The notes beneath the pieces were generated by a model. It saw nothing but the letters and a program-made list of their open reading frames with translations, searched no databases and was not told the DNA's origin. 64,000 nucleotides of DNA, from contig NC_090411.1 of the NCBI RefSeq assembly GCF_036365525.1, positions 36,589,065 to 36,653,064 of the forward strand, read 5' to 3'. Below are positions 47,598-60,311 of this stretch, piece by piece. The position numbers and the translations under genes were made by a program. Every line of letters begins with the position of its first letter. The stretch's first letter is position 1. Source of the DNA: Heterodontus francisci (taxonomy: Eukaryota).

Positions 47598-50500
47598 TCA
47601 AATTAAAATGCCATTCTCGGCATCAACGATGCACTCCAGCCCCTGCGGTGCCCACCGGTCGCGGAAGGCCGTACCGGCCAAGCGTACCGGCGGACAACGT
47701 ATGCTCCTTCTCCAGGGATACCTGGGCGCGAACGTAACCACGGAAGAGGGGCAGGCAATCGGGGAGGACGGACCCCCCGACGGCCCGCAGCCTGGACCTG
47801 TGAATTGCCACCTTGGCCAGGCCCAGGAGCAGACCAACGAGGAGATCCTCTTCCCGGCCCACGCCCCTCCGCACCGGGTGCCCAAAGATCAGGAGCGTGG
47901 GACTGAAGTGCAGCCAGAACTTGAGAAGCAGCCCCTTCAAATTCGCAAATAGGGGCTGCAACCTCGCACACTCCAAATATACATGAAACAAGGACTTGTC
48001 CAGGCCGCAGAAAGTACAGGCGGCCGGGGAGTCCGTGAACCTACTTAAAAGTCTATTGCACGGGACTGCTCTGTGCAACACCCTCCACCCCAGGTCCCCG
48101 ATGTAAAGGGGGAAGACTCCCACGTAGAGAGACCTCCATCGGGGTTTCCCCTCGCCGCCAGATGGCAACGAGGACCACCAGGGCGTGTCCAGCCGGCTGA
48201 CGAGGGGGAGGAAGTGGAGACTGTGCAGGAGCAGCCCGTACAGGAAACCCCTCCGCACCGATTGGAATGGCACGGAGGGCATTTCCAAGAGGCGGCTCAG
48301 ATTGTGCGGGACCGGCTCCCGAGGAGGGTTTCGGGGCCTGGGTCCGATGAGCAGTTCCGGCCGAGCGGGGGTCAGCTCGGCCGGGATCGCTCCGCACTCC
48401 CGAGCCCCCTCGCCACCTGCTGTGAGGGGCGTCCCGGGGGTTTCGGCTATTCCTCCGCCTGCCGGACCGTCCCCGGAGTCGGCCGCCCGGACAGCCGAGG
48501 CGCTCTCCTCCACCGGCGGGGGAGCGCCCTGACTGGAGGCGACCATGTTCCAGACTCGGAATAGATCCCGGTAAAAGACAGGCAACTCCCTCAGAGAGGC
48601 GCGGCTAACGGACTCCACCGGGAGCTGCGTGTCGTCTTGAAGGCAGTGACACTGGCGGAAAAAATACGTCGCCAGCGCACACCATCTGGGAGGACGCTCG
48701 ACGTACAAGTATCTCTGCAGGGTCCGAAGGCGGAGAGTCGCAGCCTGGGTGCGGACGCACACCAGCGACTGACCGCCCTCCTCAATCGGGAGACTCAGGA
48801 CCGCGGCAGAGACCCAGTGTTTCCTCTTGCCCCAGAAGAAATCGACGAGTTTCTTCTGGATCTTGGTGGCAAATACAGGGGGCGGGGCCAAAGTGACCAA
48901 CCGGTACCACAACATGGAGGCCACCAGTTGGTTTATGACCAACGCTCGGCCCCTTTAGGAAAGCACTCGGAGCAGTCCTGTCCAGCGCCCCAGCCGAGTG
49001 GTGACTTTCGCCTCCAACTCCTGCCAGTTTGCCGGCCAGGCTTCCTCAGCGGGGCTAAGGTGGACTCCCAGATAGAGGAGGTGCGTGGTGCTCCACACAA
49101 AAGGTGTCATCTCCTCCGGCAGGGAGTCCACCCGCCACTGACCAACCAGGAGTCCGGAACATTTCTCCCAATTGATCCTCGCGGAGGACGCGGCAGAAAA
49201 GGTCTGCTGGCAGTCGCGCATCCTCCGCAAGTCAACGGGATCTGTGATTGCGAGGAGCACGTCGTCGGCGTAAGCTGAGAGGACGACCCGCATGGCCGGC
49301 TCGCGCAGAACTAATCCCGTCAACTTCCTGCGAAGCAGGCACAGGAAGGGCTCCACGCAGATGGTATACAATTGGCCGGACATGGGGCATCCCTGACGCA
49401 CTCCTCTCCCAAAGCGAAGGGGCGCCGTCAAGGACCCGTTAACTTTGACTAGACACTCTGCAGCGACGTATAAAAGTCGGACCCGGGCCACAAAATGCGG
49501 CCCGAGTCCAAAAGCGCGCAGAGTCCCGAAAAAGTAATCGTGATCCACCCTGTCGAACGCCTTCTCCTGATCGAGGGAGAAAAAGGCGACCGACTGACCA
49601 GTCCTCTGGGAAAGATGGATCAGGTCCCAGACCAGGTGGATGTTGTCCTGGATGGACCGGCCCGGGACCGTGTAGGACTGGTCGGGGTGGATCATGTGGG
49701 CCAGCACGGAGCCCAGGCGGGTAGACATAGCCCAGGCAAAGATCTTATAATCCGTGCTGAGGAGGGAGACCGGACGCCAGTTTTTAAGCAGGCGGAGATC
49801 GCCCCTCTTCGGCAGCAGGACGATGACCGCCCTGCGCCACGAGAGGGGCATCTCCCCGGTCGCCAGGCTTTCCCCCAGGACCCGCGCGTAATCGTCCCTC
49901 AGGACGTCCCAGAACGCCCTGAGGAACTCCACGGTCAACCCATCCAGCCCTGGGGATTTGCCCCTTGAGAGCTGGTGGAGGGTGCCAGTCAGCTCCACCA
50001 ACGTGAGCGGAGCCTCCAATCCTTCGGCGTCCTCCGGGCTGACTTGCGGCAGGTCCTCCCACAAAACTCTGCGCGCATCCTCGCTGGACGGATCCGGAGA
50101 GAACAATGCACTGTAATAAGTACGGACCAGGAGGCCCATTCCCTCCGGATCCGTGATGGAGGATCCGTCGTCGGCCAGCAGCTCGACGAGCTGCCTACGG
50201 ACCCCCCGCCATTTTTCCAGCAAGTAGAAGGGTGAGGCGCGAATTAAATCTTCCAGGATCTGGATCCGCGACCTCACGTTTGCGCCTCGGGACCCTATGA
50301 GCTGCAGGTCCCTCACGCGCCCTTCTTCTCTTTGTACGCCTGCCACAGGGCCGGGTCCACGACGGCATGACCGATGGCGGGACTCCAAGTCGAGCACCTC
50401 CCTCTCAAGGCGCCCGATCTTGGCTTCCCGCCTCTTGGTCGACCCCTTCGCGTACTCCTGACAGAAGACGCGGATGTGAGTCTTGCCCACATCCCACCAT

Positions 50501-51339
50501 AGCCTCAAGGAGGGGAAGCCCCCCTGCTTCCTTCTCCAGTCGGCCCAGAATCGACAGAGCGAGTCCCGAAATCGCTCGTCCTCCAGCAGCCGGTTGTTAA
50601 AGTGCCAGTACGCGGACCCCGCCCGCGTGCGGAGCGGAGTGAACTCCGCCCACACCAAGCGGTGGTCCGAGCACGGCACCAGCCGCATGGAGGCCGCCGA
50701 GACGCGGGAGACGTACGCCTGCGAAATGTAGAGGCGGTCGATTCGCGACCCCCCTCCTCCAGACCTCCACGTGAAGGCGCTGGAGTCGGGATGGAGATTC
50801 CGCCAGACGTCCACCAAGTTAAGGGAGCTGATCAGTCCCCTCAACTTCTCCACCGACGCTTGGCCGCGCTGGGGACCGGAGCGATCCCCCACCTCGAGGG
50901 TGCAGTTAAAATCTCCCCCGAGGATGATGCACTCGCCGCTATCGATGGAGCTCAAGAGAGCGGACACTTCTTCAAAGAAGCGCGCTTACAACGCGCCAGG
51001 TCTGGGCACGTACACGTTCACAAAGTGGAGCGGCACGCTACCCAGGCGAGCGGCGAGGTGGAGCAAGCGGCCCGGCACTAGCTCCTTGACCCCCAAGATC
51101 TCCGGCTGAAAAGTCGGGGTCAACAAGATAGCCACCCCACTAGAAATAGGGGTGAGGTGACTCATGTAGACCCCACCCTGCCACTCCAGGAGCCAGGTGG
51201 CTTCGTCTCCCGGAACGGTGTGGGTTTCCTGCAGAAAGCTCACCGCGTATCTCCCTTCCCTAAGGACTGAGAGATTGTGAAATCTGCGGTGAGACCCCCT
51301 GCCGCCGTTGATGTTGAGGCTGGCTATGGTTATCTTCAT
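47598..51339 (-). pseudogene. Tx1 ORF2 (endonuclease, reverse transcriptase, zinc knuckle), frameshifted
   Basis: MKITIASLNING..FLQETH, GGDFNC, SRIDRLY, CSDH, KSPGLDGL, NWRPVSLLSTDYKI, LDQEKAFDRV, GVRQGCPMS, AYADD, CTFCG..SLFHVYLEC across ORFs 50986-51339, 48955-50967 and 47623-48942. Confidence 0.9.
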
Positions 51340-51407
51340 GTCAAAGGTACTTAAAACCCTTCACCAACACCTCACTGTGAGGTGGGAGTGGAAGTGCACC
51401 TGGCCTT

Positions 51408-53408
51408 TCACTCCCCCAGCAACCCATTGAGGAACACATTAAACCGGCGCCTCTCAACCAGTTTCACGCCCGTGTGCTTGCCTGCTTTCTTAAGGGCGGC
51501 ACGGACGGACTGTATGATCAGCGCCAGATTCGACCAACGGCCGAGGGCCTGCTGAACTTTATCGCGGCAACCCCTGCAAGCCGCGAGGAAATCCCGGAGT
51601 TCCGCCGTGGGGATAAGGGGAGATTCAGTGGGAGGCACGAGGGACTCCACCACCTCACTGGCGATGGAATCAAGGTCATCCTCCGTGCTCCACACCGAAT
51701 CCCCATCCTCCTCCGGGTCGTCACCGCCAGCGGCCGACACATCCACCACACACTGTGGGACGGACGTCCCGGCCGCGCCAGCTGGTCCCGCCTCCGTCAC
51801 GATCCCACCCCCAGGATCGATGGCGGAGGAGTCCTCTCTGGGTTCTATTGTGAAACTGGAGCTTGTGGGTACCAGCAGCACGGGACCCCTCTCCACCTCC
51901 GTCCCCAGGCCAATGAGTGGTCCAGGGGAGACATAAGATCCCGACTCCGGAAATCCAGCCGGAGCCGAGACCGGAGGCGGAGAGAGGAGGCCATCTCCCA
52001 CTCCGCGAGCACCCACAGGTCCAGCAGATGGGGCAGCATTCTCAGTTTTCACCAGGTCGGGTGTCTCCTGGTTGGTGGTGGACTCCGGCTGGGAGGGCTG
52101 ACCCTCTGGGTCGTCGCCCTCCCCTTCATTTCAGGCACCCGACCCAGTAGCAGTGGCGGAATGGGCGGCGTCCCCAGGCTCCCCCACCACAAGCAGGGCC
52201 CCACTTACTCCTTCAGGAGGGGCCTCACGTACTGGGGCCTTCCCCTCCCCTCCATCCTGAGGAATAGGGAGCTCCTGCCCGGACTTTGTAGCCTTGGTGG
52301 TGGCGGTAGGGGGAACCTGAGGACCCGAAACAGGAGACAGCTCCCCTCCAACAGATGGGCCCTGCACCTCAGGGCCATGTGTTATTTCCGTGGAGGGGTG
52401 CCTTCTCCTCTTTTTCGCACTTGGGCGCGGAGACTCAGAGACCTCCATGTCATCAGAGGCCTCCGCACCCTTTTTTTCCTTTTTAGTCACCCTGGGCCTG
52501 AGCCCAGCCCTGGGACAGGTGGATTCCATGGGAATGGGCTTTGGGCTGAGCTCAGGCTCGGGTTGTGTCAAAGTGTCCAGGGGACGCGCCTCATGATGTT
52601 TCTTTTTTCCCCGCGTCTTCCTTCCACTCGGACGGACGCTCCCCTCCCCGCCGGAGGCTGTGAAAACCACAGCCTCCGGAACCGACTGAGCGGTGTCTAT
52701 TGGATGTGTGGGGGGAGTGGGAAGAGGTGCTGTGGAACCACTCTGGGCCGCTGAGGTGGAGCTGGCGGCCGGGAGGTTTGGGCAGTTCTTACGAACATGC
52801 CCCACCCCCTTGCAGACATGGCACCGCGCCCCGTCCGAGGTCCAGAAGACGCGGTAGGCCGTCCCCTGGAACTGCACATCAAACTGGCCTTCCGAGTCCT
52901 CCTCCCGCGCCAGCTGCATAAATAACTGGCGGCGGAAGGAGTAGACATGTTGGAGGCTGTGCTCCCGAAGACCAAGCCGGACTGGGGTGATCCCCGACCT
53001 CACCTCCCCCATGTGGTGCAGGTGGGGAAGGAGGAGCTCACTGGGAATAAAGGGCGGGACGTTTGATAACATTAACCGCTGCGCAGTGGCCCCTAGAGGG
53101 TCCACCGGCAGGAAAGTCCCACCCACAGTGAGCCCTTTACTCAGGGCCAGGGACACGGCCCGCTCGGTCTTCAGGAAGAACACAGCCTTCCCGTACATTT
53201 TTGAGGCTGCCACAATGGCCGAGGGGCCGACAACCTCGGCCATTGCCTTTACACAGGCTTCTATAGACATATTGGGGTGGGGATAACTCTTTACCCCATG
53301 GCTCGAAGTAATTAATTTAAAAGGTGACGGGGTCACACGGGTGGCCACAGAGGCTACAGCCGCATAGGTATGAGAAGGCCCCGCCACCGGTGATGATGGG
53401 CTTGCCAT
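51408..53408 (-). pseudogene. Tx1 ORF1 (gag-like nucleic-acid-binding protein), one frameshift
   Basis: VVGPSAIVAASKMYGKAVFFL, LSNVPPFI, SFRRQ, CHVCKGVGHVRKNCP; ORFs 52131-53408 and 51408-52052. Confidence 0.85.
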
Positions 53409-54059
53409 GGCTCAAGAGCTAAACCCACCCCCAAATTGCAAGCAAGCAAACAAACAAAGAAACCAACTAGGAGGTTTGGGGAGAGGCTGAGGGTATACAG
53501 GAAAGGGGAAAGACAGGCTGCAAGCGATGACTTTGCTTTTTTTTTCTCCTTAAAGGGTGGTACTCTGAGCACTGTAAACACTCCTGGTCTTCTGGTTGAG
53601 GGAGGTGTCTTCACCTGGGTCAGCTGAAGCTGCCCAGGCACTATTTATCCCCTTCTGTATATTAGCCAGGCAGCTTCAGCTGACACAGGCTGGGCAATTG
53701 GGGTGGGGAGGGAGCTTCCCTGCAACTTTAGTGCAACTGCACAGCTCCCTGCAGAATTGTATCGCCCCCACCCCTTGTTCTTCTGGCCTCTTCCACCTCC
53801 TACAACAGTCTAAATGAAATAAGAGTCTGGTGCTCAACACCCACCTCGAAATACAAGCTTATTCCAAAAGTCTTTCCTCCTCTGCAGCAAAAGTTGTTCA
53901 AAGTTTTTGCAGTTTCTCCTCAGCACTCCCTCTCCAGCAACTGACTGCAGCACTGTCAGCTACACCTCGTTGATGCACTTTGGAGTCCCAATTAGGAAGC
54001 TGCCAACCCCCGTGCTGTACCTGTCCTGGGAGTGTTTGATGAATCCTTAATCTCGTGTA

Positions 54060-54520
54060 AAATAAAAGCAAAATACTGCGGATGCTGGAAATCTGAAGAA
54101 GGGTCACTGAAGGGTGCAACAGTGGTTAGCACTGCAGCCTCACAGCTCCAGCGACCCGGGTTCAATTCTGGGTACTGCCTGTGTGGAGTTTGCAAGTTCT
54201 CCCTGTGTCTGCGTGGGTTTTCTCCGGGTGCTCCGGTTTCCTCCCACAAGCCAAAAGACTTGCAGGTTGGTAGGTAAATTGGCCATTATAAATTGCCACT
54301 AGTATAGGTAGGTGGTAGGGAAATATAGGGACAGGTGGGGATGTGGTAGGAATATGGAATTAGTGTAGGATTAGTATAAATGGGTGGTTGATGGTCAGCA
54401 CAGACTCGGTGGGCCGAAGGGCCTGTTTCAGTGCTGTATCTCTAAAAACTAAAAACTCTCTCCACAGATGCTGCCAGACCTGCTGAATGTTTCAAGCAAT
54501 TCTTGTTTTTATTTCTTTAA
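54060..54520. mobile_element. Penelope-like terminal remnant interrupted by an HE1 SINE
   Basis: AAAAGCAAAATACTGCGGATGCTGGAAATCTGAA ... CTCTCCACAGATGCTGCCAGACCTGCTGA, recalled as a shark Penelope-derived palindromic repeat. Confidence 0.5.
54111..54455 (+). mobile_element. HE1-type V-SINE
   Basis: Same head, core and tail as the other copies. Confidence 0.9.
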
Positions 54521-54599
54521 TCTTATGTGTTAGGTTCTGTCTGTATTGGGGGCCTTTGAACTCGGCCCCTGTTTCATTCATATTTTTTAACAACAAAGT

Positions 54600-54799
54600 A
54601 ATTCATGACCACGCTACGTCATCGCCGACGTCATCAGGATGCGCCGCCGTGCGCACATGGGTGCCAATATGGCGGCGCCCAGTGCTTCCTGTTCATCGGA
54701 AGACTTCCGCCGGAAGTTTATGTCACATCCTTCCCTGCAACGCTGCTTAAGCGACCCCGTGGCCGAAACTCGTTCTTTTTCCCGGATCGAGGGTGTGAG
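54600..54799 (+). promoter_or_regulatory. RPS11 promoter with TCT initiator / 5' TOP tract
   Basis: YY1 AATATGGCGGC 54666-54676; clustered ETS/GABP sites CGGAAGACTTCCG and CCGGAAGT 54697-54717; ACGTCA half-CREs; TTCTTTTTCCC at 54773-54783 just before the ATG. Confidence 0.85.
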
Positions 54800-54814
54800 A
54801 TGGCGGACAACCAG
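54800..54814 (+). CDS. RPS11: RPS11 coding exon 1 (MADNQ)
   Basis: ATGGCGGACAACCAG|GTGAGG; joins exon 2 in frame to give [13 protein letters not shown]. Confidence 0.9.
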
Positions 54815-54819
54815 GTGAG

Positions 54820-57800
54820 GAGAGAACTAACCCGGGACAGAGAACTAACCCGGGACAGAGGGAGAGAGAAATAACCCGGGACAGAGTAATAACCCGGGAC
54901 AGAGGGAGAGAGAAATAACCCGGGACAGAGTAATAACCCGGGACAGAGGGAGAGAGAACTAACCCGGGACAGAGTAATAACCCGGGACAGAGGGAGAGAG
55001 AACTAACCCGGGACAGAGTAATAACCCGGGACAGAGGGAGAGAGAACTAACCCGGGACAGAGTAATAACCCGGGACAGAGGGAGAGAGAACTAACCCGGG
55101 ACAGAGTAATAACCCGGGACAGAGGGAGAGAGAACTAACCCGGGACAGAGGGAGAGAGAACTAACCCGGGACAGAGTAATAACCCGGGACAGAGGGAGAG
55201 AGAACTAACCCGGGACAGAGTAATAACCCGGGACAGAGGGAGAGAGAACTAACCCGGGACAGAGTAATAACCCGGGACAGAGGGAGAGAGAACTAACCCG
55301 GGACAGAGTAATAACCCGGGACAGAGGGAGAGAGAACTAACCCGGGACAGAGTAATAACCCGGGACAGAGGGAGAGAGAACTAACCCGGGACAGAGTAAT
55401 AACCCGGGACAGAGGGAGAGAGAACTAACCCGGGACAGAGTAATAACCCGGGACAGAGGGAGAGAGAACTAACCCGGGACAGAGGGAGAGAGAACTAACC
55501 CGGGACAGAGTAATAACCCGGGACAGAGGGAGAGAGAACTAACCCGGGACAGAGTAATAACCCGGGACAGAGGGAGAGAGAACTAACCCGGGACAGAGTA
55601 ATAACCCGGGACAGAGGGAGAGAGAACTAACCCGGGACAGAGTAATAACCCGGGACAGAGGGAGAGAGAACTAACCCGGGACAGAGGGAGAGAGAACTAA
55701 CCCGGGACAGAGAACTAACCCGGGACAGAGGGAGAGAGAACTAACCCGGGACAGAGGGAGAGAGTAATAACCCGGGACAGAGTAATAACCCGGGACAGAG
55801 TAATAACCCGGGAGAGAGGAATAACCCGGGAGAGAGGGAGAGAGAAATAACCCGGGACAGAGAACTAACCCGGGACAGAGGGAGAGAGAAATAACCCGGG
55901 ACAGAGAACTAACCCGGGACAGAGGGAGAGAGAGAAATAACCCGGGACAGAGAACTAACCCGGGAGAGAGAAATAACCCGGGACAGGGAGAGAGAGAAAT
56001 AACCCGGGAGAAAGAGTAATAACCCGGGAGAGAGGGAGAGAGTAATAACCCGGGAGAGAGAGAACTAATCCGGGACAGAGGGAGAGAGTAATAACCCGGG
56101 AGAGAGAGAACTAATCCGGGACAGAGGGAGAGAGAAATAACCCGGGACAGAGAACTAACCCGGGACAGAGGGAGAGAGAAATAACCCGGGAGAGAGTAAT
56201 AACCCGGGAGAGAGGGAGAGAGAAATAACCCGGGACAGGGAGAGAGAGAAATAACCCGGGAGAAAGAGTAATAACCCGGGACAGAGGGAGAGAGTAATAA
56301 CCCGGGACAGAGGGAGAGAGTAATAACCCGGGAGAGAGAGAACTAACCCGGGAGAGGGAGAAAGAGAAATAACCCGGGAGAGAGAGAACTAACCCGGGAC
56401 AGGGAGAGAGAGAAATAACCCGGGAGAGAGTAATAACCCGGGAGAGAGTAATAACCCGGGAGAGAGTAATAACCCGGGAGAGAGAACTAACCCGGGACAG
56501 AGGGAGAGAGAAATAACCCGGGAGAGAGAACTAACCCGGGAGAGAGAACTAACCCGGGACAGAGGGAGAGAGAAATAACCCGGGACAGAGAACTAACCCG
56601 GGACAGAGGGAGAGAGAAATAACCCGGGACAGAGAACTAACCCGGGACAGAGGGAGAGAGAACTAACCCGGGACAGAGAACTAACCCGGGAGAGAGTAAT
56701 AACGAGGGAGAGAGAAATAACCCGGGACAGGGAGAGAGAGAAATAACCCGGGAGAAAGAGTAATAACCCGGGAGAGAGTAATAACCCGGGAGAGAGAGAA
56801 CTAACCCGGGACAGAGGGAGAGAGTAATAACCCGGGAGAGAGAGAACTAACCCGGGACAGGGAGAGAGAGAAATAACCCGGGAGAGAGAGAACTAACCCG
56901 GGACAGGGAGAGAGAGAAATAACCCGGGAGAGAGAAATAACCCGGGAGAGAGAACTAACCCGGGACAGAGGGAGAGAGTAATAACCCGGGAGAGAGAACT
57001 AACCCGGGCGAGAGTAATAACCCGGGCGAGAGTAATAACCCGGGAGAGAGAGAACTAACCCGGGACAGGGAGAGAGAGTAATAACCCGGGAGAGGGAGTA
57101 ATAACCCGGGACAGGGAGAACTAACCCGGGACAGGGAGAACTAACCCGGGACAGGGAGAGAGAGTAATAACCCGGGAGAGAGAGTAATAACCCGGGACAG
57201 GGAGAACTAACCCGGGACAGGGAGAGAGAGAACTAACCCGGGAGAGAGAGAACTAACCCGGGAGAGAGAGAACTAACCCGGGAGAGAGAGAACTAACCCG
57301 GGAGAGAGAGAACTATCCCGGGAGAGAGAGTAATAACCCGGGAGAGAGAGTAATAACCCGGGAGAGAGGGAGAGAGTAATAACCCGGGACAGAGGGAGAG
57401 AGTAATAACGAGGGAGAGAGAAATAACCCAGGAGAGAGAGAACTAACCCGGGACAGGGGGAGAGAGAAATAACCCGGGAGAGAGAACTAACCCGGGAGAG
57501 AGGGAGAGAGAAATAACCCGGGAGAGAGGGAGAGAAGGAACCCGGGAGAGAGGGAGAGAAGGAACCCGGGAGAGAGAGGGAAGGAGAAATAACCCGGGAG
57601 AGAGAGAACGAACCCGGGACAGGGGGAGAGAGAACGAACCCGGGACAGGGGGAGAGAGAACGAACCCGGGACAGGGGGAGAGAGAACGAACCCGGGACAG
57701 GGGGAGAGAGAACGAACCCGGGACAGGGGGAGAGAGAACGAACCCGGGACAGGGGGAGAGAGAACGAACCCGGGAGAGAGAACGAACCCGGGAGAGAGGG

Positions 57801-58510
57801 AGAGAGAAGTAACCCGGGAGAGAGAAGTAACCCGGGAGAGAGAGAACTAACCCGGGACAGGGGGAGAGAGAACTAACGAGGGAGAGAGGGAGGGAGAAGG
57901 AACCCGGGAGAGAGAAGGAACCCGGGAGAGAGAGGGAGAGAGAAGTAACCCGGGAGAGAGAAGTAACCCGGGAGAGAGAAGTAACCCGGGAGAGAGAGGG
58001 CAGGAGAAGTAACCCGGGAGAGAGAGGGCAGGAGAAGTAACCCGGGAGAGAGAGGGCAGGAGAAGTAACCCGGGAGAGAGAGGGCGAGAGAAGTAACCCG
58101 GGAGAGAGAGAAGTAACCCGGGAGAGAGAGGGCGAGAGAAGTAACCCGGGAGAGAGAGGGAGAGAGAAGTAACCCGGGAGAGAGAGGGAGAGAGAAGTAA
58201 CCCGGGAGAGAGAAGCAACCCGGGAAAGAGAGGGAGAGAGAAGCAACCCGGGAAAGAGAGGGAGAGAGAAGCAACCCGGGAAAGAGAGGGAGAGAAATAA
58301 GCTGGGACAGACGGAGGGAGGGAGAGAAATAACCTGGGATAAAGAGGGGGAGAGGGGATGTAACCCAGAAAAGAGAGAGAGAGAGAGAAATAACCCAGGA
58401 TAGAGAGGAGGAAAGAGAAATAGCCCGGGATAGAGAGGGAGAGAGAAGTAACCCGGGATAGAGAGGAGGAAAGAGAAATAACCTGGGATAGAGAGGGAGA
58501 GAAATACCCC
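54820..58510 (+). repeat. Purine-rich AACCCGGG-core minisatellite in RPS11 intron 1
   Basis: About 3.7 kb of (A/C)TAACCCGGG(A/G)(C/G)AGAG(GGAGAG)n units. Confidence 0.97.
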
Positions 58511-59570
58511 TGTCTGTCTTGAACATGCTCAATGATTGAGCTTCCACAGTCCTCTGGGGTAGAGAATTTCACAGATTCACCACCCTCTGAGTAAAAACAT
58601 TTCTCCTCATCTCAGTCTTAAATGTCCTGCCCCTTATTCTGAGACTGTGTCCCTTGTTTCTAGACTCACCAGCCAGGGGAAACATCCTATCGACATCTAC
58701 CCTGTCACACCCTGTAAAAATTTTGTAAATTTCAACAAGATCACCTCTCATTCTCTTTCTTCTAAACTCTAGTGAATACAGGCCCAGTTTCTGCAATCTC
58801 TCAAACAATCCCACCATCCCAGGGATTTAGTCTGATGAACCTCTGTTGCACTCCTCCCCCCGCGTATATTTTTCCTTGGATAAGGAGACCAAACCTACAC
58901 AATACTCCCGGTGCAGTATCACCAATGCTTTATACAGTTGCAACAAGACATCTTTACTCCTGTACTCCAATCACATTGCAATGAAGGCCAACATACTATT
59001 TGACTTCTTAATTGCTTGCTGCATCTGCATACTAGCTTTTAGTGACTCTTGAATTAGGACACCCAAGTCCTTTTGGACATCAACACTTCTCAACCTCTCA
59101 CCATTTAAGAAATACTCTGCATTTTTTCCTACCAAAGTGGATCACTCACCACTTATTCACATTATGTTCCATCTGCCATGTTCTTGCCCGTTCACTTAGT
59201 TTGTCCAAGTCCCCTTGAAGCCTCCTTGCTTCCTCCTCACAACTTATATTCCCTCCTAGTTTTGTGTCATCAGCAACTTTGAAAATAATACATTTGGTCC
59301 CCACATCCAAATTATTTCTGTAGATTGTGAACAGCTGTGGTCCAAGCACTGATCCTTGTGGTACCCCACTAGTAACAGCCTGCCATCCTGAGAATGACCC
59401 GTTTATTCCTACTCTCTGCTTTCTGTCTGTTAACCAACTCTTAATCCATAGCAGTATATTACCCCCAATCCCATGTGCTCTAATTTTGTTTACTAACCTG
59501 TGTGGGACCTTATCAGCTTTCAATCCAATTAGTTTTTCGAGTACTACCTCCTTATTGATACTAACTTCTA
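58511..59570 (-). mobile_element. CR1 LINE fragment
   Basis: [33 protein letters not shown] on the minus strand. Confidence 0.88.
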
Positions 59571-60179
59571 ACGAGTGATGCTGGTATCAGTCCACAGGAC
59601 ATGTCAGTCTTTCAGGTGGAGACTCTCTGAACCTTGTCACCGCCCCTTGGTGCAGAGTTCTTTATAAATGGTTTGATTCTGACCAGGTTGCTTCCCCCTT
59701 TCCTGCACAATGGCTGCACTGCTCCCCCTCAACCCATCCCTGTATTTACCCGTGAATGTGGAAACGATTAAATCAGCACATTTAGCCAAATATGTAATGC
59801 ACAGAAGGGACCATAAAACAAGCACAGATCGCAAACACAAGAGTCCGCTCACGCTCAATCCAGCTGAAGCCTGTGACTCTCATGGATTTGAGTTCACAAA
59901 TGGGAATGTTTTAGATTGAGTTTGTCAACTCTGTATGGTTAATACTTCATTTAAACACCTGGTGTAGAGTTTCTGCACATTTGAGCAAATTCAGACCACT
60001 CTGCTCCCCCTTGGTGAATCCTTGTTCACCGCTTTCCAATTATAAGACAAAGAAACCAGCACGCACACATGTTTTCTTAGTTTTAAAGAAGAAAAGTGAA
60101 ATTTTAAATTCTGCCATGACTCTTATCTAGGTTGCATGCGTGCTTTTCATAAAAGCTCTGCATCTTTTCTCCATTGCAG

Positions 60180-60311
60180 ACTGAGAGAGCTTACCAAAAG
60201 CAACCCACCATCTTCCAAAACAAGAAGCGAGCACTTGTGGGTGAAGGCAGCAAGGAAAAGCTCCCCCGCTACTACCGCAATGTAGGCCTGGGCTTCAAGA
60301 CTCCACGAGAG
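60180..60311 (+). CDS. RPS11: RPS11 coding exon 2
   Basis: TTGCAG|ACT; [44 protein letters not shown]; GAG|GTGAGG; 132 bp. Confidence 0.97.

Larger units (their letters stand above)
47563..53990 (-). mobile_element. Near full-length Tx1-clade (L1 group) non-LTR retrotransposon
   Basis: 5' UTR, ORF1 with a CCHC knuckle, ORF2 with APE-RT-CCHC, A-rich run just after the ORF2 end; CpG-rich; a few frameshifts. Ends uncertain by about 100-150 bp. Confidence 0.92.

Noticed and set aside
1-54455. HE1 SINEs appearing to target other TEs and the plus strand (5 of 6)
   Set aside because: Most of the window is TE and n=6, so this cannot be told apart from chance.
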